From an uncultured Chloroflexia bacterium (GTDB lineage: Bacteria; Chloroflexota; Limnocylindria; Limnocylindrales; CSP1-4): a DNA stretch of 64,000 nt. The stretch spans positions 224,001 through 288,000 of the forward strand of contig CAWEYL010000003.1 in the NCBI GenBank assembly GCA_963813335.1, given 5' to 3'. Positions 30,962-41,256 of the stretch are shown piece by piece. The translations under genes were made by a program, and so were the position numbers. Below the pieces are notes generated by a model that worked only from the letters and a program-made list of their open reading frames with translations, ran no database searches and was not told the DNA's origin. Each line of letters opens with the position of its first letter. Positions within the stretch are counted from its first letter, which is position 1.

Positions 30962-31300
30962 GTGACCTTTGTCGATCGAACCCTGAGCTGCGTCGACTGC
31001 GGTGTGGAATTCATCCACTCCGTCGCCGATCAGGAGTACTACGTGCAGAAGGGGTTCACCAGCGATCCGAAGCGCTGCACGAGCTGCCGCGCCAGCCGCC
31101 GTGCGGCCAGGGAGACGGATCCCGATCTGCGCGAGATCGGCGGACCGCGCGGCTACGAGCGCGGCGACGACCGTGCCAACCGCGAGTACTTCGCGGTGAT
31201 CTGCTCGTCCTGCGGCAACCAGGCGCAGGTCCCCTTCAAGCCGCGCATGGACCGCCCGGTCTACTGCTCGGACTGCTTCCGGACCGTCCGCCCGGACTGA
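30962..31300 (+). CDS. Zinc-ribbon / CxxC-x17-CxxC domain protein
   Basis: GGAGG RBS and GTG start; CVDC...PKRCTSC and CSSCG..VPFKP..RPVYCSDCF. Confidence 0.9.
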   Translation: MTFVDRTLSCVDCGVEFIHSVADQEYYVQKGFTSDPKRCTSCRASRRAARETDPDLREIGGPRGYERGDDRANREYFAVICSSCGNQAQVPFKPRMDRPVYCSDCFRTVRPD

Positions 31301-31320
31301 CCTCCGGCCTCGCCGGGGAG

Positions 31321-32037
31321 CTACGCCTCCTCGACCCGGAAGACCTCGCCGGCGCGATGCCGTTCGCGCCGGCGCCCCCGCCAGACCGTCACGCGCGCGG
31401 CGCCGTGGACCTGACACGTGCCGTCGCGGCCGATGACCGCGGTGTCCTCGTCGATCCCCAGCACCACGGATCCGCGCGGCGCCTGGAGCGCGACGAGCGC
31501 GGACATCGGCTCCGGCCACGCGTCGTAGTGGGGCACGACCGACACCCCCGACGCGAACCCCAGCCCTGACCGCCACCTGAGCGGCCATGGCAGCAGCCGG
31601 ACGCGGAAGTCGAAGGTGTGGCCGGCGAGGACCATCGCGCCCGCCGAGCAGCCCGCGAGCACCGCGCCGCGCTCGTGTGCCGCCGCGATCGCCCGGCCGA
31701 CCGCGCTGCCTTCGAGCGTCTGGAGCAGATAGCCCGGCTTGCCGCCGGAGAGGTAGACGAGGTCAGCCTCGCCGACCGCCTGGGCGAAGCCGGTGTCGTC
31801 GGCCGAGGCCCGGTCGCGGACCAGGACCGGCTCGACCTCGGCGCCGAGGCCGCCGAAGTGGGCGACGCCCATGGCGGCCCAGCGGTCGAACACCTCCTCG
31901 CCGTCCGGGTAGGAGGCGGTCGGCAGGATCGCGACGCGCGGACGCGGGCGGCCGGTCGCGGCGAGCAGCTCGAGGTCGAAGTCGAGCATCGCAGGAAGGA
32001 ACTCACCGGCGCCTACGAGCGCCACCGGGCCGGGCAT
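31321..32037 (-). CDS. Peptidase S51/cyanophycinase-like (class I glutamine amidotransferase fold)
   Basis: ILPTAS, YLSGG, GCSAGAM, VPHYD and GIDEDTA. Confidence 0.88.
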   Translation of the reverse strand: MPGPVALVGAGEFLPAMLDFDLELLAATGRPRPRVAILPTASYPDGEEVFDRWAAMGVAHFGGLGAEVEPVLVRDRASADDTGFAQAVGEADLVYLSGGKPGYLLQTLEGSAVGRAIAAAHERGAVLAGCSAGAMVLAGHTFDFRVRLLPWPLRWRSGLGFASGVSVVPHYDAWPEPMSALVALQAPRGSVVLGIDEDTAVIGRDGTCQVHGAARVTVWRGRRRERHRAGEVFRVEEA

Positions 32038-32108
32038 GGCGGAGAGTCTAGGGCGGCGTGCTCGCGACCGTGTTGCGGCGCCTCGGACGCGCTGCGACAC
32101 TGGCCGCA

Positions 32109-33701
32109 ATGACCAGCCGCCAGCGATGGACCCTCATCGCCGCGATCATCGGATCGGGCGCCGTCTTCCTTGACGGGACCATCGTCAATGTCGCCCTCAA
32201 ACGGATCGGCCAGGACCTCCCGACGACGTATATCGGCGTCCTCGAGGGCCAGGCCTACGTCGTCAGCGGGTACCTCGCGGTCCTCGCGGCGCTGCTGATC
32301 CTCGCTGGCGGGCTGTCGGACCACTACGGCCGCCGCCGCGTCTTCGCCATCGGGCTGGCAGGCTTCGGCGCCACGTCGGCGCTGTGCGGCCTCGCCCCGA
32401 CCCTCGAATGGCTCGTGATCTTCCGGCTCATGCAGGGCGCGACCGGGGCGCTGCTCGTCCCGGGGTCCCTGTCGCTGATCACCCAGGCGTTCCCCGGTGC
32501 CGAGCGCGGCCGCGCGTTCGGGATCTGGGCGGCCGCCACGTCGGCGCTGACCGTCCTCGGGCCGATCGTCGGCGGGACGATGGTCGACACGATCGGCTGG
32601 CGGAGCGCATTCCTCATCAACGTGCCGCTCACGGCGTTCGCCCTGTGGGTGACGTTCCGCTATGTCGCCGAGTCGCGCGACACGGAGGCCCCCGGGCGGT
32701 TCGACTGGCTGGGCGCGCTGGTGGCGGCGCTGGCGGTCGGCGGGCTCGCCTTCGGCCTGATCCGCGGGCAGGCCCACGCCTGGAGCGACGCGCTCGCGTG
32801 GGGCGCGATCGTCGTCGGGGTCATCTCGCTGATCCTGTTCCCGATCCTCATGGCGACGCGCCCCAATCCGCTCGTCCCGCTCAGCCTGTTCCGGAACCGG
32901 GCGTTCACCTCGATCAACCTGACGACCTTCTTCGTCTACGGCGCGCTCTACGTGAACTTCTGGTACACGAGCCTGGTCTTCCAGGGCGTGCTGGGCTACA
33001 CGGCGACGGGCGCGGCGATGATCGGCATCCCGACCGGGGTGATGCTGTCGCTGCTGTCGACGCGGATCGGGACCCTGGCCGGGCGCATCGGCGCCCGGCG
33101 CTTCCTCGTGGCCGGACCGATGCTGATGGCCCTCGCGCTGCTCTGGTATGCGCGGCTGCCCGCCGATTCCGAGCCATGGCTGGCCGCCCTCGAGACCCCG
33201 TCGAGCCTCATCCCGCCGACGGACGTCTTCATCGACGTGCTGCCGGCCGTGCTGCTCTTCGGGCTGGGGATCTCGCTGGTCGTGGCCCCGCTGACGGCCA
33301 CCCTGATGAACTCGATCCCGAGCCGGTTCTCCGGCCTGGGCTCGGCGATCAACAACTCGATCTCACGGGTCGGCCAGCCGCTGCTCGGCGCGTTCATCTT
33401 CATCGCCGCGAGCGCGACGTTCTACGCGACGCTCGGGAGCCTGGCGCCCTCGCTGGACACGTCCTCGGCCGAGGTGCAGGCGGCGTTCCAGCCACTCAAC
33501 CCGCCGCCGGCGAGCGCCACCCAGGAGCAGGTGACGGCCGCCACCCAGGCGTCGATGGACGCGTTCCACCTCGCGATGCTCGCATCCGTGGTGCTGCTGG
33601 TGGTCGGCGGGCTGATCTCGTGGGTGGGCCTGCGCGAGCCGGAGAGCTCGGCGGCGCAGAGCGGGCTGGATCCCGGGGAGGGCGTCCCGGCGGTCGGCTA
33701 G
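32109..33701 (+). CDS. MFS transporter (DHA2, 14-TM)
   Basis: LDGTIVNVAL, GGLSDHYGRRR, WRSAFLINVP and FDWLG. Confidence 0.92.
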   Translation: MTSRQRWTLIAAIIGSGAVFLDGTIVNVALKRIGQDLPTTYIGVLEGQAYVVSGYLAVLAALLILAGGLSDHYGRRRVFAIGLAGFGATSALCGLAPTLEWLVIFRLMQGATGALLVPGSLSLITQAFPGAERGRAFGIWAAATSALTVLGPIVGGTMVDTIGWRSAFLINVPLTAFALWVTFRYVAESRDTEAPGRFDWLGALVAALAVGGLAFGLIRGQAHAWSDALAWGAIVVGVISLILFPILMATRPNPLVPLSLFRNRAFTSINLTTFFVYGALYVNFWYTSLVFQGVLGYTATGAAMIGIPTGVMLSLLSTRIGTLAGRIGARRFLVAGPMLMALALLWYARLPADSEPWLAALETPSSLIPPTDVFIDVLPAVLLFGLGISLVVAPLTATLMNSIPSRFSGLGSAINNSISRVGQPLLGAFIFIAASATFYATLGSLAPSLDTSSAEVQAAFQPLNPPPASATQEQVTAATQASMDAFHLAMLASVVLLVVGGLISWVGLREPESSAAQSGLDPGEGVPAVG

Positions 33702-33704
33702 CGG

Positions 33705-34253
33705 CTAGCGCGGCACCCGGAATGCGCCGCCGTGGCCCGGGATCACGATGTCGGCCACCTCCAGAACGCGGGCGCGACCGGCCTCGATGGCCGATTGGTC
33801 GTCGGCCAGCGGGTCGACCTCGGGCGTCTGGTCGGCCCGCCACCACAGGTGGGTCAGCGCGTAGGTCGCGTCGTCGGCGGTGACGATCAACGACGCGTCC
33901 TCGTTCGTGTGACCCGGGGTCAGCCACAGCTGGGCGTTCGGCGAGAGCTGGTAGCCGTCGCCGTCGTGGTCGAGCCACAGGTCGTCGCGATAGCGCGCCC
34001 AGAAGTCCACCACCTCGGCGTTCGGGAAGAGCGCGATGTTGACCGTGTGGTCGGGGTGGTGGTGGCTGATGAATACGTGTGTGACCGCGCCGGGCGAGAC
34101 GCCCAGGGCCGCCAGCGGATCGAGGATGCGCGAACGGTTCGCGACCATCCCGGGGTCGGCGACGATCAGGGCGTCGCCGTCGCGGACGAGCGTGACGCTG
34201 CTGCCGACCCGGTCGTCCGCGTAGCCGGCGTGGAGGAGATGTACCGAGGCCAC
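33705..34253 (-). CDS. MBL-fold metallo-hydrolase
   Basis: SHHHPDH, TPGHT and IPGHG. Confidence 0.9.
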   Translation of the reverse strand: MASVHLLHAGYADDRVGSSVTLVRDGDALIVADPGMVANRSRILDPLAALGVSPGAVTHVFISHHHPDHTVNIALFPNAEVVDFWARYRDDLWLDHDGDGYQLSPNAQLWLTPGHTNEDASLIVTADDATYALTHLWWRADQTPEVDPLADDQSAIEAGRARVLEVADIVIPGHGGAFRVPR

Positions 34254-34374
34254 GTCCGGATGCTACTGCCCGCCGCCGCCATGTCCATCGGTCGTCGCGG
34301 CACGCGCGATGCGGCGGCGTGGCGCGGTTCGCGGTGCGAGACTCGGGGCCAGATCCCGAACGAACGGAGGCCAG

Positions 34375-36030
34375 ATGCCCGCCGAACGCCCCGCCGACCT
34401 TGTCCTGACCGGCGGACGGATCGCCACGATGGACGCCGCCCGCTCCTGGGCCAGCTCGATCGCCGTCCGCGACGGGCGGATCGTGGCGGTCGGGACGGAC
34501 GGGCTGGTCCGTCCGTTCATCGGACCCTCCACCCGAGTGATCGAGCTGCGCGGGCGGACGGCGACGCCCGGCTTCCAGGACGCGCACGTCCACCCCGTCC
34601 ACGGCGGCCTCACGATGCTCCGCTGCGACCTGCACGAGGACGAGGAGTCCGGGCCCGGCCTGGACGTCATCGAGGCGTACGCCCGCTCGCATCCCGACGA
34701 GCCGTGGATCCGCGGCGGCGGGTGGTTCATGGCGGCCTTCGAGGGCGGGACGCCGCGGCGCGAGGACCTCGACCGGATCCTGCCCGACCGCCCCGCCTTC
34801 CTGACCAACCGCGACGGCCACGGGGCGTGGGTCAACTCGAAGGCACTGGAGCTCGCCGGGATCACCGCAGCGACCCTCGATCCTGCCGATGGCCGGATCG
34901 AACGCGATGCGGACGGCACGCCGTCGGGCACGCTCCACGAGGGGGCGATGGCCCTGGTGGAACGCCTGCTCCCCGACGACACCCCGGCGGAGCTGGAGGA
35001 GGCCCTCCGGCTCGGCCAGCGCCACCTCCACGAGTTCGGGATCACCGCGTGGCAGGACGCCATCGTCGAGCCGCACGTCGAGGAGCGCGCCTATGTGGCG
35101 CTGGCGAGCCGCGGCGAGCTCACGGGCCGCGTGGTCGGGGCGCTGTGGTGGGACCACCACCGCGGTGCGGACCAGATCGAGGAGTTCGTGGCGCGGCGGG
35201 AGGCGACCGCGATCGGGCGGTACGCGCCGACCAGCGTGAAGCTGATGATGGACGGCGTCCTCGAGAACTTCACCGGCGCGATGCTGGAGCCGTACGGCGA
35301 CGGCCACGGCGGGACCACCGGGAACCGCGGCCTGCTCCAGATCGATCCGGACGGGCTCGCGAGCTGGGTCCCGGCCCTCGACGCGCTCGGGTTCCAGCCC
35401 CATTTCCACGCGATCGGCGACTGGGCGGTCCGCGCGTCCCTGGACGCGGTCGAGGCCGCACGCCGCGCCAACGGGCCGTCGGACACGCGGCCGCACATCG
35501 CCCATATCCAGGTCATCCACCCGGACGACATCCCGCGCTTCCGCACCCTGGACGTGGCCGCGAATGCCCAGCCACTGTGGGCCTCGCACGAGAGCCAGAT
35601 GGACGTCCTGACGATCCCGTTCATCGGCGAGCGGTGGCGCTGGCAGTACCCGTTCGGGTCGCTCAAGGCGGCCGGCGCGCTGCTGGCGATGGGCTCGGAC
35701 TGGAGCGTCTCGAGCGCGAACCCCATCTGGGAGATGCACCTCGCGATCGAGCGGCAGACCCCGGCCCGCTACGCGGGCGAGCGCGACGTGTTCCTCCCCG
35801 ACGAGCGACTCGACCTCATCGATGCGCTCGCGGCGTTCACGATCGGCTCGGCGTACGTGAACCACCTCGAACGCGAGACCGGCACGCTCGAGGTCGGCAA
35901 GCTGGCCGACCTGGCGATCATCGACCGCGACCTGTTCGACCGCGGCGCGGGCACGGTCTTCGACGCGCGCGTCGTCGGGACCTTCATCGAGGGTGTGCCG
36001 GTGCACGAGGACCCTGCCCTCGACGGGTGA
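34375..36030 (+). CDS. Amidohydrolase 3 (YtcJ-like)
   Basis: PGFQDAHVH, KLMMDG, HAIGD, HIAHIQ, GSDW and GKLADL. Confidence 0.92.
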   Translation: MPAERPADLVLTGGRIATMDAARSWASSIAVRDGRIVAVGTDGLVRPFIGPSTRVIELRGRTATPGFQDAHVHPVHGGLTMLRCDLHEDEESGPGLDVIEAYARSHPDEPWIRGGGWFMAAFEGGTPRREDLDRILPDRPAFLTNRDGHGAWVNSKALELAGITAATLDPADGRIERDADGTPSGTLHEGAMALVERLLPDDTPAELEEALRLGQRHLHEFGITAWQDAIVEPHVEERAYVALASRGELTGRVVGALWWDHHRGADQIEEFVARREATAIGRYAPTSVKLMMDGVLENFTGAMLEPYGDGHGGTTGNRGLLQIDPDGLASWVPALDALGFQPHFHAIGDWAVRASLDAVEAARRANGPSDTRPHIAHIQVIHPDDIPRFRTLDVAANAQPLWASHESQMDVLTIPFIGERWRWQYPFGSLKAAGALLAMGSDWSVSSANPIWEMHLAIERQTPARYAGERDVFLPDERLDLIDALAAFTIGSAYVNHLERETGTLEVGKLADLAIIDRDLFDRGAGTVFDARVVGTFIEGVPVHEDPALDG

Positions 36031-36159
36031 CCGACCCGCGCACCGGCATGGACGGATGACGATGCCTGTTTGGCATCGGACGTCAGTGTCGCGGCCGTGG
36101 ACGTCGGCGCATCTTCTCCTTGCGCCCCGGACCTACCGGGAGCGGGAAAGGAGAAACCA

Positions 36160-36348
36160 GTGAACGCCTACGCACTCCTCGCGGTGAACGAACACCTGGA
36201 GTACATGCGGGCCGAATCCGCGAGGCGCTATCGCTTCGCCCAGCCCGGACCGAGCCTCCGCGATCGGATCGCGTCGGTCACGAATGGTCTCCGCCGCTCC
36301 CTCGGTGGCGAGTCCGCGGCTCCGCTCCTCCCGACGCTCCAGGACTGA
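36160..36348 (+). CDS. Small hypothetical protein (62 aa)
   Basis: AAAGGAGA RBS and GTG start: MNAYALLAVNEHLEYMRAESARR...LLPTLQD. Confidence 0.65.
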   Translation: MNAYALLAVNEHLEYMRAESARRYRFAQPGPSLRDRIASVTNGLRRSLGGESAAPLLPTLQD

Positions 36349-37037
36349 CCGTACCGAGGCTGATCTCCCGCAGCAACGGTCCTCCTCCCTCCGATACGCG
36401 ACCGACCTCCGTTCCTCCGACGGGGGTCGTCGTGTGTCCGGCGCCCGTTGTCCGGGCTGAGGCCAGCGAGGTCGTCCGGGCGGTCGATGTCGCGAAGGGT
36501 CGCGCCGGCCGGGTCGTCCGCCCGCCAGTCCGCGTCCGGGACGACCGCGAGCGCGAGGCCGTCGCGCAGCGCGCGCAGCCGCCGCTCGTCCGATGCCAGC
36601 AGGGTCTCGGTGATGGCGATCGCCGGGCTCCGGCGAACGGCCATCGGCAACGGCCGGTGGCGGCCGCCGGCTTCCAGCACCGCGGCATCGACCGATGGGT
36701 CTCCGAGCGCGTCGATCAGCCGCCGCAGCACGGCCGGAACCAGCGTGGGCATGTCACCGCCGACGACGAGCACGACCTCGGCGTCGGTCGCGGCCAGGCC
36801 GGCATCGACGCCGGCGAGCGGGCCTTCGAAGGCGCGGGCATCGTCGATCCGGCGGGTACCGGCGGGGATCACCGTCGCGGCTCCCGGGGCCACGACGACC
36901 AGCACCTCGTCGACGACGCCGGCCACAGCGCCGACCGCGCGCGCCAGCATCGGGATGCCGTCGACCGGCTCGACGAGCTTGTCGCGGCCGAAGCGCGACG
37001 ACCGGCCGCCCGCGAGCACGATCGCGGCGGTCGTCAT
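36228..37037 (-). CDS. mobA: Molybdenum cofactor guanylyltransferase (3' end uncertain; homology ends near 36460)
   Basis: IVLAGGRSSRFGRDK, GPLAG, GDMP and DIDRPDD; ATGA-coupled to selB. Confidence 0.88.
   Translation of the reverse strand: MTTAAIVLAGGRSSRFGRDKLVEPVDGIPMLARAVGAVAGVVDEVLVVVAPGAATVIPAGTRRIDDARAFEGPLAGVDAGLAATDAEVVLVVGGDMPTLVPAVLRRLIDALGDPSVDAAVLEAGGRHRPLPMAVRRSPAIAITETLLASDERRLRALRDGLALAVVPDADWRADDPAGATLRDIDRPDDLAGLSPDNGRRTHDDPRRRNGGRSRIGGRRTVAAGDQPRYGQSWSVGRSGAADSPPRERRRPFVTDAIRSRRLGPGWAKR
36393..36438. terminator. Stem-loop between the convergent small gene and mobA
   Basis: GACCTCCGT/ACGGGGGTC arms with extended flanking pairing. Confidence 0.55.
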
Positions 37038-38862
37038 CGGGTCGTGGCCGAGGCGACGACCCCGGCGCGCGGTCCGGGGCGATGGCCCTCGGGCGTGCGG
37101 CGGAGGACGCCGCGGCGGTCGAGGTCCTCGAGGATGGCCATCACGTACCGACGGCTGGTGCCGGTGGCATCGCGCAGGGCCGCCGGGGTGAGCGGCGCGG
37201 CCGCCGCCAGGGCGAGCGCCTGGGCTGCGAGCGTGCGGTACGTGTCCGCGGCGTAGGCGAGGGACGGCTCGAGGATCACGATCCGGCCTGCGCGCTCGAG
37301 GGCCCGGATGCCGTCGGGCGGGCACCCGACCGCGCGGGCCGCGTCCGCGAGGGGCGGCGGCGCGACGACGGACAAGGCACGCTCGAGGCGGTCCATCGCG
37401 GCCAGCACGGCGGGGTCCGCGGCGGCTTCGGCGGCGCCGGGCAGCGTGACGCGGTCGCCGGCGCGGACCAGCCGACCGTCACGGACCAGGGCGTCGACCA
37501 GCGAGCCGGCCGCGGTCCGCGCGTCGTCCCAGGCGAGAGTCACGGAGCGGCGGATGGCACGGGCCGTCGCCGTGCGCAGGTCGGCCAGGCCCGTCCCACC
37601 ACCCACGGTCGACAGCGCCGCGTCGGCGGCGGACGCGGCGACATCGGGCGCGAGGCGGACGCCATCGATATCGACGACGGCGCCGTGGAGGTCGAGACGG
37701 GCGGCCGCGGCGGCCGAGCGATCCCCCGCCGCCACGGCCGCCGACGAGGGCCGCGACCCGCTCCACTGTCTGCCGACGCCGCGAGACCCCGCGCGCCGGC
37801 GCGACGTCGATGACCTGCCCGCCGACCACCTGGTGCGCCCCCGACGGCCGGCGCAGCACGAATCGATCGCCCGGCGCGGCGGCGACCGGCTCGGCGAGGC
37901 GCAGGATCGCGGCGGCGCCCGCGCCCTCGGGCAGGTCGATGGCGTCCCGACCGCTCCGACCGATCGCGGCATCGACGGCCGCCGTGCCGAGGTGCAGACG
38001 CGCCCGCGTCCGGTCCGGCAGGGCCGCGCGGAGCCGCACGAGCAGCCGGTCCGTCGCGACGACGCCCGGGTCCGCGGTGAGGACCTGGCCGCGCGAGAGG
38101 GTCGAGGCGTCGGCGCCCGCGAGGTTGACCGCGGTCCGCCCCGGCCCGGCGGCATCGACCGTCGCGTTGTGGACCTGGAGCTCGCGCGCGCGGACCTGTG
38201 CGTCACCCGGGACGCACGCGCAGGGAGGCGCCGCGCTCCAGCGGTCGGCCGCGGAGGCTTCCGGTGACGACCACCCCGCGGCCCTTGACGGCGAAGACGC
38301 GGTCGACCGCGACGGTCGATGGCCGCGCCGGCACGACGGCGGTCCGGCTCGCGACGGCGTCGCTGACGTTGCGCAGGGCCGCGCGCACCGCATCGATCCC
38401 GGTCCCGTCGATCGACGACACGGCCAGGACCGGCACCCTGTCGAGCGACGTCCCGGCGAGCAGCGCCCGGACCGCCTCGACCACCTCGTCGCGTCGTCCG
38501 TCCTCGACGGCGTCGATCTTGGTCACGACCGCCAGGCCGTCGCGGATCTCGAGCGCGTCGAGCAGCGCGAGATGCTCGAGCGTCTGTGCGCGCGGGCCGT
38601 CGTCCGCGGCGACCACCAGCAGCGCGGCATCGATCTCGCCCGCCCCGACGAGCATGTTGCCGACCAGCTTGTCGTGCCCCGGGACGTCGACGAAGTCGAG
38701 CTCGACGCCGTCGTCGAACGTGAGATGGGCATACCCGACGTCGATGGTCATCCCGCGTCGCCGCTCCTCGGGCAGGCGGTCGGCGTCGATGCCGGTCAGC
38801 GCGCGCAGCAGCGTCGTCTTGCCGTGGTCGATGTGCCCGGCCGTGCCGACGACGACGGTCAT
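37034..38862 (-). CDS. selB: Selenocysteine-specific elongation factor (frameshifts near 38215 and 37745)
   Basis: GTAGHIDHGKT, EERRRGMTID, DVPGH, TKID, RTAVNL and C-terminal WH4 motif LRDATGTSRRYVMAILEDLD. Confidence 0.94.
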
Positions 38863-40178
38863 GTCCGTCCGTCGAGGGCCGTGGAGATGGCGCTGGCGAG
38901 CACGCCGTCCGCGTCGGGTTCGACGGTTCGCAGGTCGAGCACCACGCGGTCGCCCTCGATGCGACCGATGACCGCCGGGTCGCCGTGGCGAAGGGCGGCG
39001 AGCAGCCCGTTCGCCGAGCGCGCCTCGAGCGCGAGCCCGAAGGACGCGAGCGTTTCGCCCGGCAGCGAGCCGCCGCCGACCGTCGAGCGGAGCTCGACGA
39101 CCGACGCGCGCGAGCCGATCGTGCCCACAAGCGCCTCGGCCCTCGCCCGCAGCGTGTCCGCGGGGGTCGAGATCATCCGCCAGACCGGGATCGCCTCGAC
39201 CGCCCGGCCGGACCGGTACAGCCCGAGCGTCAGCGCGACCGCGGCGAGCGTGGCCTTGTCCGGCCGCATCGCGCGGGCCAGCGGGTCGCGCCGCATCCGC
39301 GCGACCAGGTCGGCCCGCCCGACGACCAGCCCGGCCTGCGGGCCGCCGACCAGCTTGTCGCCGCTGAACGTGACGATGTCCGAGCCGGCCGCCAGCCGCT
39401 CGCCGGGGAGCGGCTCGTGCGCGAGCCCGAAGGTCGCGGTGTCGAGCAGCGCGCCGGAGCCCAGGTCGTCGATGACGATGGCGCCGTGGCGATGGGCGAT
39501 CTCCGCGACCTCGCCGGGGTCGGGCGCCTCGGTGAAGCCGGTCATCGAGAAGTTGGACGGGTGCACGCGCAGGACGGCCTTCGCCCGGCCCTCGGCCAGC
39601 GGGGCCTCGAAGTCGGCGGCCCGGGTGCGGTTGGTCGTGCCGACCTCGATCAGCTTCGCGCCGGCGCGCCGGATGATCTCCGGGATGCGGACGCCACCAC
39701 CGATCTCGACGAGCTCGCCGCGCGAGACCACGACGCCGCCGCGTCCGGCCAGGCCGACGGCGAGCGCGAGCGCGGCGGCGTTGTTGTTGGTGACGAACGC
39801 GTCCTCGGCGCCGGTCAGCGCGATGAGGTGCTCCTCGGCGGTGCGGACGCGGGCGCCGCGGCGGCCGGTGTCGCGATCCAGCTCGAGCAGGAGGTAGCGA
39901 GCGGCGAGCGCGGCCGTGGCGTCGGCGACCTCCGCGGCCCATGGCGCCCGACCCAGGTTCGTGTGGACGATCACGCCGGTGGCGTTGAGGACGGGGAGCG
40001 GCCCGGACTCGGCGAACGACTCGATCCGGGCGGCGACCTCTGCGCCCAGCGCCTCCGTGGACCGCGCCGCCTCCCCCGCCGCCAGCCGCGCCCGCTCGTC
40101 GTCGACGACGGCGCGGGCCGCGTTCACGACCGCATCGACGCTGGGTGGTCGCGGGCGGTCGCTGGGCTTCGTCGACAT
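38859..40178 (-). CDS. selA: L-seryl-tRNA(Sec) selenium transferase
   Basis: NATGVIVHTNLGRA, SRGELVEIGG, VGTTNRT and FSGDKLVGGPQAG. Confidence 0.97.
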   Translation of the reverse strand: MSTKPSDRPRPPSVDAVVNAARAVVDDERARLAAGEAARSTEALGAEVAARIESFAESGPLPVLNATGVIVHTNLGRAPWAAEVADATAALAARYLLLELDRDTGRRGARVRTAEEHLIALTGAEDAFVTNNNAAALALAVGLAGRGGVVVSRGELVEIGGGVRIPEIIRRAGAKLIEVGTTNRTRAADFEAPLAEGRAKAVLRVHPSNFSMTGFTEAPDPGEVAEIAHRHGAIVIDDLGSGALLDTATFGLAHEPLPGERLAAGSDIVTFSGDKLVGGPQAGLVVGRADLVARMRRDPLARAMRPDKATLAAVALTLGLYRSGRAVEAIPVWRMISTPADTLRARAEALVGTIGSRASVVELRSTVGGGSLPGETLASFGLALEARSANGLLAALRHGDPAVIGRIEGDRVVLDLRTVEPDADGVLASAISTALDGRT

Positions 40179-40192
40179 CGGGCCTCCGTGAC

Positions 40193-40201
40193 GCGGGAAC
40201 G
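40193..40201. repeat. 9-bp copy of the tRNA-Sec 3' end (possible att remnant)
   Basis: GCGGGAACG, identical to 47961-47969, 14 nt upstream of the selA start. Confidence 0.4.
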
Positions 40202-40271
40202 GGCTGGCCCGATGGAGTCTAGGTCGCCGGCGCCCTCACCGGTCGCACCGTCGCGGCATCATGGTCCCGAC

Positions 40272-40484
40272 ATGATCGATCCGACCGGCAGCATCCGACT
40301 CATCCGCGTCGAGCCCGCGGGGGTCTGGCACGTCGTCGCGCGGGATGGCGACAGCATCGCCGTCACCGCGTGCAGCATCGACCTCCCGGCCGGCGCCGAG
40401 CAGCGCGCGATCCCCGTCGAGAGCCTGCTTGCCGCGGGCCGCATCTGCCTCGACTGCGCGCAGGCGCTGCTCCACGCTGGCTGA
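40272..40484 (+). CDS. Small putative zinc-binding protein (70 aa)
   Basis: WH...TAC...CLDC ligand pattern. Confidence 0.55.
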   Translation: MIDPTGSIRLIRVEPAGVWHVVARDGDSIAVTACSIDLPAGAEQRAIPVESLLAAGRICLDCAQALLHAG

Positions 40485-40577
40485 CGACGCGGATCGAGCA
40501 GGTTCGGAGAAGCCGGCGCTCGGCCGGCGAACGTAGCATCAGGTCACTTCAACGGATCCAGGACAGAGGAGACCGAT

Positions 40578-41018
40578 ATGGCTGACACCACGAAGACCAG
40601 CAACGGGTTCAGCGCCGACGAGAAGGCTGCGATGCGCGAGCGCGCCAGGGAGCTGAAGGCGGAGTCGCGAGCGAACGCCGATCGCGAAGCCGGGCTGAAG
40701 GACGTGCTCGCGAAGATCGCCGAGATGCCGCCGGCCGATCGCCACATGGCCGAGCGGATCCATGCCGTCGTCACGGCGGCCGCGCCAGCTCTCTCCCCGA
40801 AGACCTGGTACGGGATGCCCGCCTACGCGAAGGACGGCAAGCTCGTGTGCTTCTTCAAGGCAGCGTCGAAGTTCGACTCGCGCTACGCCACGTTCGGCTT
40901 CGAGGAGGCAGCCCGCCTCGACGACGGCTCGATGTGGCCGACGTCCTATGCCCTGACGGAGCTGACCGCCGCCGACGAGCAGCGGATCGGCGAGCTCGTC
41001 AAGCTGGCGGCGAGCTGA
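40578..41018 (+). CDS. DUF1801 (YdhG-like) protein
   Basis: FSADEKAAMRERA, PKTWYGMPAY, RYATFGF and MWPTSYAL. Confidence 0.9.
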   Translation: MADTTKTSNGFSADEKAAMRERARELKAESRANADREAGLKDVLAKIAEMPPADRHMAERIHAVVTAAAPALSPKTWYGMPAYAKDGKLVCFFKAASKFDSRYATFGFEEAARLDDGSMWPTSYALTELTAADEQRIGELVKLAAS

Positions 41019-41026
41019 GGACCGAC

Positions 41027-41056
41027 CCGCTGTCCCGTTCGACGCGAGGACAGCGG
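41027..41056. terminator. Stem-loop between convergent genes
   Basis: CCGCTGTCC/GGACAGCGG inverted repeat. Confidence 0.5.
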
Positions 41057-41072
41057 CCGGTTCCTGAAGTGG

Positions 41073-41255
41073 CTAGAAGCGCCGGCGACCTGGCGTGACG
41101 GCCGCGCCCACCACGGCGGCCTTGGCGACCGGCGATCGACCGGGATTGGACACGACCCCGCCGACGACGGCTGCCTTGGCGACCGGCGAGGGGCCGGGCT
41201 TGACCGCCGCGGTCACGACCGCGGCCTTGCCGAGACGGGACGACCTGAGTGGCAT
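41073..41255 (-). CDS. Small basic repeat protein (60 aa)
   Basis: AAGGAG RBS; three KAAVV-containing repeats. Confidence 0.65.
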   Translation of the reverse strand: MPLRSSRLGKAAVVTAAVKPGPSPVAKAAVVGGVVSNPGRSPVAKAAVVGAAVTPGRRRF

Positions 41256-41256
41256 G

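Noticed and set aside
36228-36460. Real C-terminal extension of MobA overlapping the small gene
   Set aside because: It is low-complexity and runs through a terminator-like hairpin; more likely a lost stop or a sequence error
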